Positions 45,129-52,456 of a stretch of DNA of 52,456 nt are shown here, piece by piece; position 1 is the stretch's first letter; every line of letters begins with the position of its first letter. Source of the stretch: an uncultured Chitinophagaceae bacterium (GTDB lineage Bacteria; Bacteroidota; Bacteroidia; Chitinophagales; LD1). The stretch lies in the NCBI GenBank assembly GCA_964650845.1, contig CAZYXR010000005.1:1-52456 (forward strand), in the 5' to 3' direction. Under the pieces are notes generated by a model. It saw only the letters and a program-made list of their open reading frames with translations. It was not told where the DNA came from and made no database searches. Position numbers and translations under genes: made by a program.

Positions 45129-45136
45129 CAAATGTA
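45129..45136 (-). promoter_or_regulatory. perfect Bacteroidota -7 promoter box TACATTTG (TAnnTTTG) for the TetR-efflux operon
   Basis: It ends 8 nt upstream of the ATG at 45120. A TTTG lies ~21 nt further upstream as a possible -33 element. Confidence 0.45.
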
Positions 45137-45334
45137 GTTGGTGGAAACTCAAAAACACAAAAATGTTTCCTCTCTTTTGGATGAATAGTAGTTAATGTAT
45201 GTTTAAATGCAGGTTTGAAGAGTTGAAATGAGAGCCTCAAAAAAACTCACCACTTAAATCGTCCGAATTACTTCAGAGGCTTTTATCTCGGCAATTGACA
45301 AAATATTGATTTTTTTGTTGCCAAAACAATCCAT

Positions 45335-46546
45335 ATCAAACAGAAAGTAATAGTTGTAATAGGAGGAGGCGCAGCAGGATTTTTTGCGGCAATCAATATT
45401 GCCGCACTGCACCCTGAATATAGGGTTGTTATATTCGAAAAATCACCCAAAGTATTAGAAAAAGTGCGCGTCAGCGGTGGCGGCAGATGCAATGTAACGC
45501 ACGCTTGTTTCGATCCTAAAATTTTAGTAAAAAACTACCCGCGTGGCGAAGCCGAACTATTGGGACCATTCATGCGCTTCAACCCCAAAAACACAATTGA
45601 ATGGTTTGCTAAAAAAGGTGTTGAAATAAAAAAAGAAGCCGATGGCAGAATGTTTCCAATTACCGATAGTTCCGAAACAATAATTGAATGCTTTATTACA
45701 GAGGCAAAGCGATTAAAAGTTGAAGTAAACCTGTTGGAGGGAATTGAAAATATTACACAACAGGATGACCTATCTTGGCATGTATCAACCAACCGAAATA
45801 AAACAATTGCAGCCGATGCGGTAATTGTTACCACAGGCAGCGCAGCTAAAATGTGGCAACTGTTAGAAAATGTAGGGCACAGCATCGCCCCTCCGGTTCC
45901 ATCGCTTTTTACATTCAATATAAAAGATGCGCGAATAGAAGGTCTTGCAGGTGTAGCTTTGCGCAATGCTTCGGCAAGAATCAAACAATTAAAACTGCAA
46001 GCTGAAGGAGCATTGTTGATTACCCATTGGGGCTTGAGCGGACCGGCAATTTTGCGCCTATCGGCTTGGGGTGCCCGTGTTTTGCACCAATGCAATCATC
46101 ACTTCGATGTGCAAATAGATTTTACAGGTATTGGTGTACACGAAACCACACTTCATATTGAAAAATACAAGCAACACAATCCTCAAAAACAGATTGGAGC
46201 AAATCCGCTTTTCGATATTCCTCAGCGTTTATGGAAGAATGTTTTTCCAGAAAAAATTGCTACAAAAAAATGGAATGAAACAAGCAAGAAAGATGTGAAC
46301 GATATAATAGAATTGCTTTGCCGTGCAAACTTTAAAGTTACTGGCAAAAGCACCAATAAAGAAGAGTTTGTAACAGCCGGAGGGCTAACGCTAAAGGAAG
46401 TTGATTTCAAAACAATGGAATCGAAAAAAGCACCCAACTTATACTTTGCAGGCGAGGTGCTAAATATAGATGCTATTACCGGAGGATTTAATTTTCAAGC
46501 CGCATGGACAACCGCATGGATAGCCGCCCAAAACATTGGCAAATAA
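45335..46546 (+). CDS. HI0933/BaiN-family NAD(P)/FAD-dependent oxidoreductase with a non-canonical or missing start codon
   Basis: The frame is open from 45299. The dinucleotide-binding motif VIVVIGGGAAGFFAAI (45347..45394) lies upstream of the first ATG/GTG/TTG in that frame (GTG 45464). The ATC at 45335 would give (M)KQKVIVVIGGG. Family blocks RVSGGGRCN and the C-terminal AGEVLNIDAITGGFNFQ are present. Confidence 0.75.
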   Translation: MKQKVIVVIGGGAAGFFAAINIAALHPEYRVVIFEKSPKVLEKVRVSGGGRCNVTHACFDPKILVKNYPRGEAELLGPFMRFNPKNTIEWFAKKGVEIKKEADGRMFPITDSSETIIECFITEAKRLKVEVNLLEGIENITQQDDLSWHVSTNRNKTIAADAVIVTTGSAAKMWQLLENVGHSIAPPVPSLFTFNIKDARIEGLAGVALRNASARIKQLKLQAEGALLITHWGLSGPAILRLSAWGARVLHQCNHHFDVQIDFTGIGVHETTLHIEKYKQHNPQKQIGANPLFDIPQRLWKNVFPEKIATKKWNETSKKDVNDIIELLCRANFKVTGKSTNKEEFVTAGGLTLKEVDFKTMESKKAPNLYFAGEVLNIDAITGGFNFQAAWTTAWIAAQNIGK

Positions 46547-46564
46547 ACTCACGCTATCCACACA

Positions 46565-47308
46565 TCACTTGCCAAACTCAAGCAACTTCGTTGCTTCTCC
46601 ATCAAAAACAGCATAAGTATTATAATGCAACCAATCGCCAAGATTGATGTAAGTGCTCGTTTCGCCCACCTTAATGTTTAAGGGCAAATGGCGATGGCCA
46701 AAAATGAAGTAATCGAAATGTTTTTGTTGCAACTTTTTCTTACAGTATTGCACCAACCACTCTTTGCCTTCGCCTTTAAATTTTTCTAAGGTATTGTTTC
46801 CACTGCCATAGCGACTTTGTTTAGAAAAATACTGCGCAACTTTTACACCAATATCCGGATGCAGCCATTTAAAAGCCCAACGCGCCAAAGGATTAGTAAA
46901 CAATCGCTTCATTCGCTTGTATCCTTTATCGCCCGGCCCTAAGCCATCGCCATGACCAATGAAAAACTTCTTACCATTCCACTCGCGTTCTATTGGTGCA
47001 TAATGAATTATCGCACCCAACTCTTCCTGCAAATAACCTTGCATCCATAAATCGTGATTGGCGGTAAACACATGCACCTTAATTCCTTTATCGCTCAGCT
47101 CGGCAATTTTGCCCAACAAGCGCACAAAACCTTTTGGCACCACAGTATTGTATTCGTGCCAAAAATCAAACACATCGCCTACCAAAAAAACCTCGTCTGC
47201 ATCTTTAGCTACAACATCTAACCATTGCACAAATAGCAACTCGCGCTGGCGGCTGGCTTCGCGGGTGGGGGTTCCTAAATGAAGGTCTGATGCAAAATAT
47301 ATTTTCAT
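46565..47308 (-). CDS. lpxH: UDP-2,3-diacylglucosamine diphosphatase
   Basis: The calcineurin-like motifs appear in order: SDLHLG, GDVFDFW, ANHD, GHGD and GHRH, followed by LGDW. Confidence 0.85.
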   Translation of the reverse strand: MKIYFASDLHLGTPTREASRQRELLFVQWLDVVAKDADEVFLVGDVFDFWHEYNTVVPKGFVRLLGKIAELSDKGIKVHVFTANHDLWMQGYLQEELGAIIHYAPIEREWNGKKFFIGHGDGLGPGDKGYKRMKRLFTNPLARWAFKWLHPDIGVKVAQYFSKQSRYGSGNNTLEKFKGEGKEWLVQYCKKKLQQKHFDYFIFGHRHLPLNIKVGETSTYINLGDWLHYNTYAVFDGEATKLLEFGK

Positions 47309-47433
47309 GAAAATTGGTGCCGAAGTTGGCAATTATTTTAATTCATCAAGTCTTAACACAAATTATACGTCAATTCCATGCGATAAGTACATACATTCGC
47401 AGCACAATTTTTAAATAAAAATAAAACATAATC

Positions 47434-48066
47434 ATGGCAGTATTAGTTGGCAAAAAAGCCCCTGCATTTAAAGCAGCAGCAGTAATTAACGGAGAAGAAA
47501 TTGTAGATGATTTTTCTCTCGATCAATATTTAGGAAAGAAAAATGTAGTGTTATTCTTCTACCCAAAAGATTTCACTTTTGTGTGCCCTACCGAGCTACA
47601 CGCATTTCAAGCAAAATTAGCAGACTTTGAAAAACGCGACACTGCCGTAGTTGCAGTATCTACCGATACCGAGCAAAGCCACTGGGGTTGGCTGCAATTG
47701 CCAAAAGAAAAAGGTGGCATTGGTGGTGTAACTTACCCAATTGTTGCCGATACAAGCAAAACAATTTCTACAAATTATGATGTTTTGAATGGCGCGTATT
47801 TCTACGATGAAAACGAGCAATTGCAATCAACAGCCGAGTTGGTAGCCTACCGCGGTTTGTTTCTTATTGACAAAGAAGGAAAAGTTCGCCATCAACTTGT
47901 AAATGACCTACCTTTGGGAAGAAACATAGACGAAGCTCTACGCATAGTAGATGCACTAAACTATTTTGAAAAACATGGCGAAGTGTGCCCTGCAAACTGG
48001 AGCGAAGGCAAAGAAAGCATGAAAGCAACACACGATGGCGTTGCAAGCTACTTGGCTGCAAACTAA
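47434..48066 (+). CDS. typical 2-Cys peroxiredoxin (AhpC/Prx1 subfamily)
   Basis: The peroxidatic Cys sits in DFTFVCPTE and the resolving Cys in GEVCPANW. Confidence 0.9.
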   Translation: MAVLVGKKAPAFKAAAVINGEEIVDDFSLDQYLGKKNVVLFFYPKDFTFVCPTELHAFQAKLADFEKRDTAVVAVSTDTEQSHWGWLQLPKEKGGIGGVTYPIVADTSKTISTNYDVLNGAYFYDENEQLQSTAELVAYRGLFLIDKEGKVRHQLVNDLPLGRNIDEALRIVDALNYFEKHGEVCPANWSEGKESMKATHDGVASYLAAN

Positions 48067-48090
48067 TTTGTAGCATATTCTATCGTTGCC

Positions 48091-48135
48091 AAAGCCGATA
48101 AGTGCATGCACTTATCGGCTTTGTTGTTTTATTTG
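48091..48135 (+). terminator. rho-independent terminator after the peroxiredoxin gene
   Basis: A 32-nt perfect palindrome AAAGCCGATAAGTGCA/TGCACTTATCGGCTTT is followed by GTTGTTTTATTTG. Confidence 0.75.
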
Positions 48136-48146
48136 CTTTACCAACA

Positions 48147-48827
48147 ATGTTTATGATGACTCGATTATCTATTACCGGGATACTATGCAGCTTGATACTT
48201 TTTGCAGGCTCGTGCAACAAAGAATATGGCACTACCAATGTAAAATTTGTGCAGGCTTCGCCAGATGCTCCATCGCTAAGAGTGTTCAATGATGGGAAAG
48301 AAATTTTGAGCAATATTAATTACAACGATGTTTCAGACTACATCAATATTAGTCGTAGCAATCTTGCTTTTCAAGTAAAAAAAGGAGAAGAAGTTGTAAA
48401 AAGAATTGGCAGTGCCGATTTTGCTACTGATGCCTTTAATGCAGTGTATTTAGTAGATTCTTTTGGAGCAATAAACCGCTTACTTTTAAGCAGCTCGCAC
48501 AACACGCCCGATGCAGGCAAAGCCCAATTCAGATTTTTGCACTTGGTGCCTAACTTGCAGCCTTTTAAGTTATTTGCCAACGGCAGTGTTTTGTTTAATG
48601 ATAGGTCTTTCACTTTTGCCAATCAAGGATATGCCGATTTTATTTCGATTGATGCAGGCAGCTATTCTTTTGTAGCACAAACCGAAGAAAACACCATTAC
48701 CACCGATATTGCTTTAGCCAACAGCATTATGCTAGAAGCTGGAAAAACCTACACACTTTACGCCAAGGGTTTTTTAAATGGCAGTGGTATAGAATCTTTA
48801 TCACTGGGAGTGGTTGAAGAAAAGTAA
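48147..48827 (+). CDS. DUF4397-like lipoprotein
   Basis: The lipobox is LFAGSCNK. The repeated V.F...SPDAP...V..NG pattern (VKFVQASPDAPSLRVF, FRFLHLVPNLQPFKLF) fits. The start is placed after the terminator; 48153 and 48156 are equally possible. Confidence 0.65.
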   Translation: MFMMTRLSITGILCSLILFAGSCNKEYGTTNVKFVQASPDAPSLRVFNDGKEILSNINYNDVSDYINISRSNLAFQVKKGEEVVKRIGSADFATDAFNAVYLVDSFGAINRLLLSSSHNTPDAGKAQFRFLHLVPNLQPFKLFANGSVLFNDRSFTFANQGYADFISIDAGSYSFVAQTEENTITTDIALANSIMLEAGKTYTLYAKGFLNGSGIESLSLGVVEEK

Positions 48828-48930
48828 GACACTCCTTAACAAAGGTTTGCGCCAAAGCAGAAAAACATTTCGCAAAACCTATTAACTATGCCACAACACA
48901 AAGTATACAGCCGAACCATTTTTAATAATT

Positions 48931-49599
48931 ATGGAAAAATACAACGTAAAAGTAAAAGAAGCCTATTTCGTAAGCAGCGATGTAAAACGTTTTGTAATTG
49001 AAAAACCTGGCGGCTACACATTTACATCTGGTCAGGCAACCGAACTGGCATTAAACGAAACAGATTGGAATCAAAAATTTCGTCCATTCACATTCACCGG
49101 CCTCAACTCGTGGGAGAGTTTAGAACTGTTAGTGCGCATTTACCCCGATAGAAATGGCGTAACCGCCAAGTTAAGCAAAGTAAACACCGGAGCCGAATTC
49201 ATCATAACACAACCATTTGGAGCAATAGAATACAAAGGGCCGGGAGTATTTATTGCTGGCGGCACCGGCATCACTCCATTCCTTTCCATCTTCCGCGAAT
49301 TGAAAAAGCAAAATCGCCTTGCAACCAATAAGCTTATCTACTCAAACCACACTTCGCGCGATGTAATAGCAGGGGTCGAACTGCATGATTTGTTTAAAGA
49401 AAATTACATCAACCATTACTCGCGCGAAGGCGTAATTGGCTTTCACGAACGCAGGCTTAACAAAGATATTTTGATTGATTACATAAAAGACTTTGGTCAA
49501 CGATTTTATGTTTGCGGCTCTCAAAGTTTCGTTACCGATGTTTCAAAAATACTACTCGAATTGGGTGCAAATCACGATAGTCTTGTAATAGAATATTAA
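48931..49599 (+). CDS. ferredoxin/flavodoxin-NAD(P)+ reductase-like FAD-binding oxidoreductase
   Basis: The FAD motif is RPFTF and the NAD(P) motif is FIAGGTGITPF. The length is 222 aa. Confidence 0.75.
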   Translation: MEKYNVKVKEAYFVSSDVKRFVIEKPGGYTFTSGQATELALNETDWNQKFRPFTFTGLNSWESLELLVRIYPDRNGVTAKLSKVNTGAEFIITQPFGAIEYKGPGVFIAGGTGITPFLSIFRELKKQNRLATNKLIYSNHTSRDVIAGVELHDLFKENYINHYSREGVIGFHERRLNKDILIDYIKDFGQRFYVCGSQSFVTDVSKILLELGANHDSLVIEY

Positions 49600-49609
49600 A
49601 TACTTTGCA

Positions 49610-50449
49610 ATGCAGCTACACACCATAAACACAGGATACTTTAAGCTTGATGGAGGAGCAATGTTTGGCGTAGTACCCAAAACACTTTGGCAAAAACTCA
49701 ATCCTCCCGACTCTAATAATCTTTGCACTTGGGCAATGCGTTGTTTACTAATAGAAGATGGCAAACAGCTTATTCTTATTGACTGCGGCTTAGGCAACAA
49801 GCAAAGCGAAAAATTTTTCAGCTACTACGAACCTCATGGCGATGACACACTCGAAAAAAGTCTTAACCATTTAGGCTATTCAGTGAGCGACATCACCGAT
49901 GTTCTGCTTTCGCATCTTCACTTCGACCATTGTGGTGGTGCAGTTGTAAGAAATGGCGAAAAACTCAACCCTACATTTCCAAACGCAACCTACTGGAGCA
50001 ATCACGCACATTGGCAATGGGCCACCAATCCAAATCCGCGAGAAAAAGCATCCTTTCTTTCTGAAAACATTCTACCCATTCAAGAAAGCGGGCAATTAAA
50101 ATTTACTGGCGATGCTACTTGCGACATCCACCCTGCAATTGCATTAAAAACCGTGAGCGGACACACTGAGAGCATGTTGATTCCCCACATCAATTGGAAA
50201 GGCAAAACCATTGTTTACGCAGCCGATTTGTTTCCCTCTATGGCACATTTACCAATTCCTTATGTTATGGGATATGACACCCGCCCACTACTTGCAATGG
50301 ATGAGAAAAAAAATTTCTTAACCGAAGCCGTTAAAAATAATCACGTTTTCTTTTTTGAACACGATAAAAACGTTGAATGCTGCACCTTGCAACAAACAGA
50401 AAGAGGAGTAAGAGAAAAGGAATTTTTCAGTCTCGCTTCATTGACTTAG
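49610..50449 (+). CDS. MBL-fold metallo-hydrolase
   Basis: The HxHxDH motif is SHLHFDHCGG, with downstream His/Asp ligands at GHTES and AADLF. Confidence 0.85.
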   Translation: MQLHTINTGYFKLDGGAMFGVVPKTLWQKLNPPDSNNLCTWAMRCLLIEDGKQLILIDCGLGNKQSEKFFSYYEPHGDDTLEKSLNHLGYSVSDITDVLLSHLHFDHCGGAVVRNGEKLNPTFPNATYWSNHAHWQWATNPNPREKASFLSENILPIQESGQLKFTGDATCDIHPAIALKTVSGHTESMLIPHINWKGKTIVYAADLFPSMAHLPIPYVMGYDTRPLLAMDEKKNFLTEAVKNNHVFFFEHDKNVECCTLQQTERGVREKEFFSLASLT

Positions 50450-50503
50450 AGAAAATATTATATTCGCACTCCGTTTTTTAAAACTGATTGTGAAAAACAG
50501 TTT

Positions 50504-50577
<74 letters not shown>

Positions 50578-50593
50578 CTTTTTTTCTTTGAAA

Positions 50594-50845
50594 ATGTATT
50601 TCACCTACATTTTGTATTCTTCTGCTGCCAACAAATTTTACGTGGGGCATTCTGATAATTTAGAGAGAAGACTTCACGAACACAACTCCGGACAAACCAG
50701 ATTCACTTCCAACATTGCCAGCGATTGGCAATTGATGTATCACGAACAATTTGAAAGCAGAGCACTTGCCGCAAAGCGCGAACGTGAAATTAAGGCTCGC
50801 AAAAGCAGAAAGTTTATTGAAGATTTGATGAGTATAAAAGCTTAA
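50594..50845 (+). CDS. small GIY-YIG nuclease-family protein
   Basis: The pattern YFTYILYS....KFYVGHSDNLERRLHEHNSG...... with a later RE.EIK is typical of stand-alone ~85-aa GIY-YIG proteins, which are common next to tRNA genes in Bacteroidota. Confidence 0.85.
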   Translation: MYFTYILYSSAANKFYVGHSDNLERRLHEHNSGQTRFTSNIASDWQLMYHEQFESRALAAKREREIKARKSRKFIEDLMSIKA

Positions 50846-52013
50846 GAAACCTTTCTGCCGCGCCATCTGTATCTACCGCTCAACGAAAGCAAGCCTACCA
50901 AAAGGATATAAAGAATGTGTAGCAACTCTATTATTGGGAACACAAAAATAAGCCACCATTTTTTGAAAAAAATCAACAGTGGAACATTGAATAGCATATC
51001 AATAAACAACTTTGACCCGAGCAAGATAAAGGCAGGCACGAGCGTTTCAACATTCAACGTGGTTGCAAAACTAATGCCGCACCAAACTGCCACGCCCAAT
51101 GTAGCAGCATTAAAGATGTAAGCATAAAGCAACATCATTTTAACCCACCATGTTGCATAGCCGGTGCTTTTGCTCGCCCAGCGAATTCGCTGCGAAAAAA
51201 ACTAAACAACCCACTTTCGGCACGGGTAAACACTGTGGCATCAAAACTTTTTACAAAGCCCACACCATCAGGATACTTTGCATATACTTTTTGCATCAAA
51301 AAAATATCATCGCCCGATGGCACATCATTGTTTCCTTTAAAGCCCTCTAACTCGTGGAAGGTTTCTTTTGCATAAAGCAAGTTTGCTCCGCTACACATAG
51401 TTGGATGCTGAAAGCGAATGGTTGCCGCAGTAATTCCCATCAGGCTAACCACATCTGCTTGTTGCAACATTTGCAACGGTGTATAAGCAGGGTTTACCAC
51501 CACCGGTGCTGTAACCAACTTACATTCATTTTGCTGATAGAAACGCACTAAGGTGCTCAACCATTTTTCGCTCCGCACCGTATCGCCATCGGTAGTAACT
51601 ATCAATTCGCCTTGTGCATTTTTTATTCCTATTGAAAGGGCTTCTTTTTTGTTTGGTTTTTTTTCGCCTCGGTTGCCAAGATATTGTTGCAAATCGAACA
51701 AACGAAGAGCCGGAAAAGATGTTTCCCGCACAATTCTTCGTGTGCCATCTGTGCTATAATCGTCCACCACAATTACCTCGAACAGGTGCTTGGGATAATC
51801 TTGCTTGAATATACTTTCTAAACATGCTGCAATGTTTTTTTCTTCATTGCGCACAGGAACGATAATGGTAACAGATTTTTGAAAAGTTGCTTCGCTTGCC
51901 GCCTCTACAAACTTTTTTGTACTCACCCAGCCAGCAAAAAAATACATCACCATAGCGCAATACACAAATGCCAATGCACCAGATGCTATCAATAAAATCA
52001 ATTGAATATCCAT
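50842..52013 (-). pseudogene. family 2 glycosyltransferase (processive QxxRW type, C-terminal TM domain) disrupted by a 1-nt frameshift in an A7/T7 run
   Basis: ORF 51135..52013 carries the GT2 blocks VTIIVPVRNEE and VVDDYSTDGT. After the T7 run (plus-strand A7 at 51195..51201) the next frame reads SQRIRWASKSTGYATWWVK and continues into ORF 50842..51138 (TM helices). One extra T would restore FFSQRIRWASK. Confidence 0.7.
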
Positions 52014-52161
52014 GATTAAAGCGGGTGGCGAATATCACATTGTTATTCTGTATGGCAAAAAATAGAATCCACATAGCAGATTGCAATACCACATAATCTT
52101 CTTAAAATTGAATACGATTTAAGCCACCCGCGAATATTGCCTCATTAAATACTTTGTGCCA

Positions 52162-52456
52162 ATGAGTTTAATTATTCTTTCGATACCGATGTTTTTTTTG
52201 TTGATTGGCATTGAGGTGCTGATAAGCAAGGTAAGGCACTTACCCTATTACCGTTTCAACGATGCAATTACAAATTTGAGTTGCGGGGTTGGCTCGCAGG
52301 TGTCGGGCATTCTTATTAAAGTATTTACCGTAGGTGGTTACTACTTTATTTACAACCATTCGCCCTGGAAAGGTAAAATACCTACCGATTGGTGGATGTG
52401 GTTGCTGCTGTGGGTGGCGGTTGATTTTTTCTATTACTGGTTTCACCGGCTTGCAC
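52162..52456 (+). CDS. fatty acid hydroxylase / sterol desaturase family membrane protein, N-terminal 98 codons (runs off the right edge)
   Basis: It is absent from the ORF track because it has no stop in the window. The frame is open from the ATG at 52162. MSLIILSIPMFFLLIGIEVL...WWMWLLLWVAVDFFYYWFHRLA ends at the start of the first His box (HRxxH). Confidence 0.65.
   Translation, partial: MSLIILSIPMFFLLIGIEVLISKVRHLPYYRFNDAITNLSCGVGSQVSGILIKVFTVGGYYFIYNHSPWKGKIPTDWWMWLLLWVAVDFFYYWFHRLA

Noticed and set aside
45535-46095. 186-aa minus-strand ORF inside the HI0933 flavoprotein gene
   Set aside because: It is entirely antisense to a gene with clear family motifs, and its composition (many Ser/Arg/Cys/Ala, no recognisable motif) is typical of shadow ORFs. 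I applied the same reasoning to 35408..35914, 10303..10773, 40351..40776, 5439..5864, 43225..43644, 22006..22419, 25660..26061, 19958..20314 and the other short antisense ORFs in the track.
51188-51202. Programmed -1 ribosomal frameshift at the U UUU UUU heptamer of the GT2 gene
   Set aside because: The heptamer is formally slippery, and the shift direction would restore the QxxRW frame. The only downstream structure is a 5-bp hairpin 2 nt away, with no pseudoknot or strong stem at the usual 5-9 nt spacing. A homopolymer indel is the simpler explanation. It is kept as an alternative in the finding.

Overview
The window is a 52.5-kb chromosomal segment from a Bacteroidota-type genome. The evidence for that origin is T9SS type A and type B C-terminal sorting domains, an SprB-repeat giant adhesin, TAnnTTTG-like -7 promoter boxes and no Shine-Dalgarno signals. 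From left to right it contains the following. (1) 1-2.2 kb holds two translationally coupled secreted-protein genes and a divergent XRE regulator, bracketed by a perfect 38-bp direct repeat. (2) 2.2-5.4 kb holds an FAD oxidoreductase and a C45/Ntn-hydrolase gene that overlap. (3) 5.4-16 kb is a run of T9SS cargo genes: a PNGase F-like protein, an S8 protease and a 1917-aa protein with 16 SprB repeats. (4) 16.1-17.7 kb holds CAP-domain and TerC-like genes. (5) 17.8-29.1 kb is the most unusual part: a tightly packed 11-gene plus-strand operon made almost entirely of tailoring enzymes. These are an N-acetyl-sugar amidotransferase, a NodU/CmcH carbamoyltransferase, a PhyH dioxygenase, two methyltransferase-like genes, a UbiA prenyltransferase, an AsnB-type amidotransferase, a radical SAM enzyme whose SPASM-like Cys motif lies N-terminal to its core, and a GT8-like protein. 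No scaffold synthase, flippase or polymerase is recognisable. (6) 29.1-34.3 kb is a membrane module with a GT-C-like polytopic protein and three membrane-anchored SGNH hydrolases. (7) 34.3-37.2 kb holds cysN-cysD-cysC (PAPS synthesis), whose stop overlaps the stop of the last SGNH gene. (8) The right third is housekeeping or accessory: DUF4476, a TetR-TolC-MFP-RND efflux operon, an HI0933-type flavoprotein, LpxH, a peroxiredoxin, DUF4397, an FNR-like reductase, an MBL hydrolase, tRNA-Met(CAT), a small GIY-YIG protein, a GT2 gene and a partial sterol-desaturase-family gene. Three genes carry apparent lesions that I could read directly. One is an in-frame TAA in a methyltransferase-like ORF. One is a 1-nt frameshift in an A7 run that destroys the QxxRW motif of the GT2. 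One is a flavoprotein whose GxGxxG motif lies upstream of any canonical start codon. I saw no CRISPR array, transposase, integrase or rRNA. All functional calls rest on motifs I recognised by eye in the translations. No database search was run.
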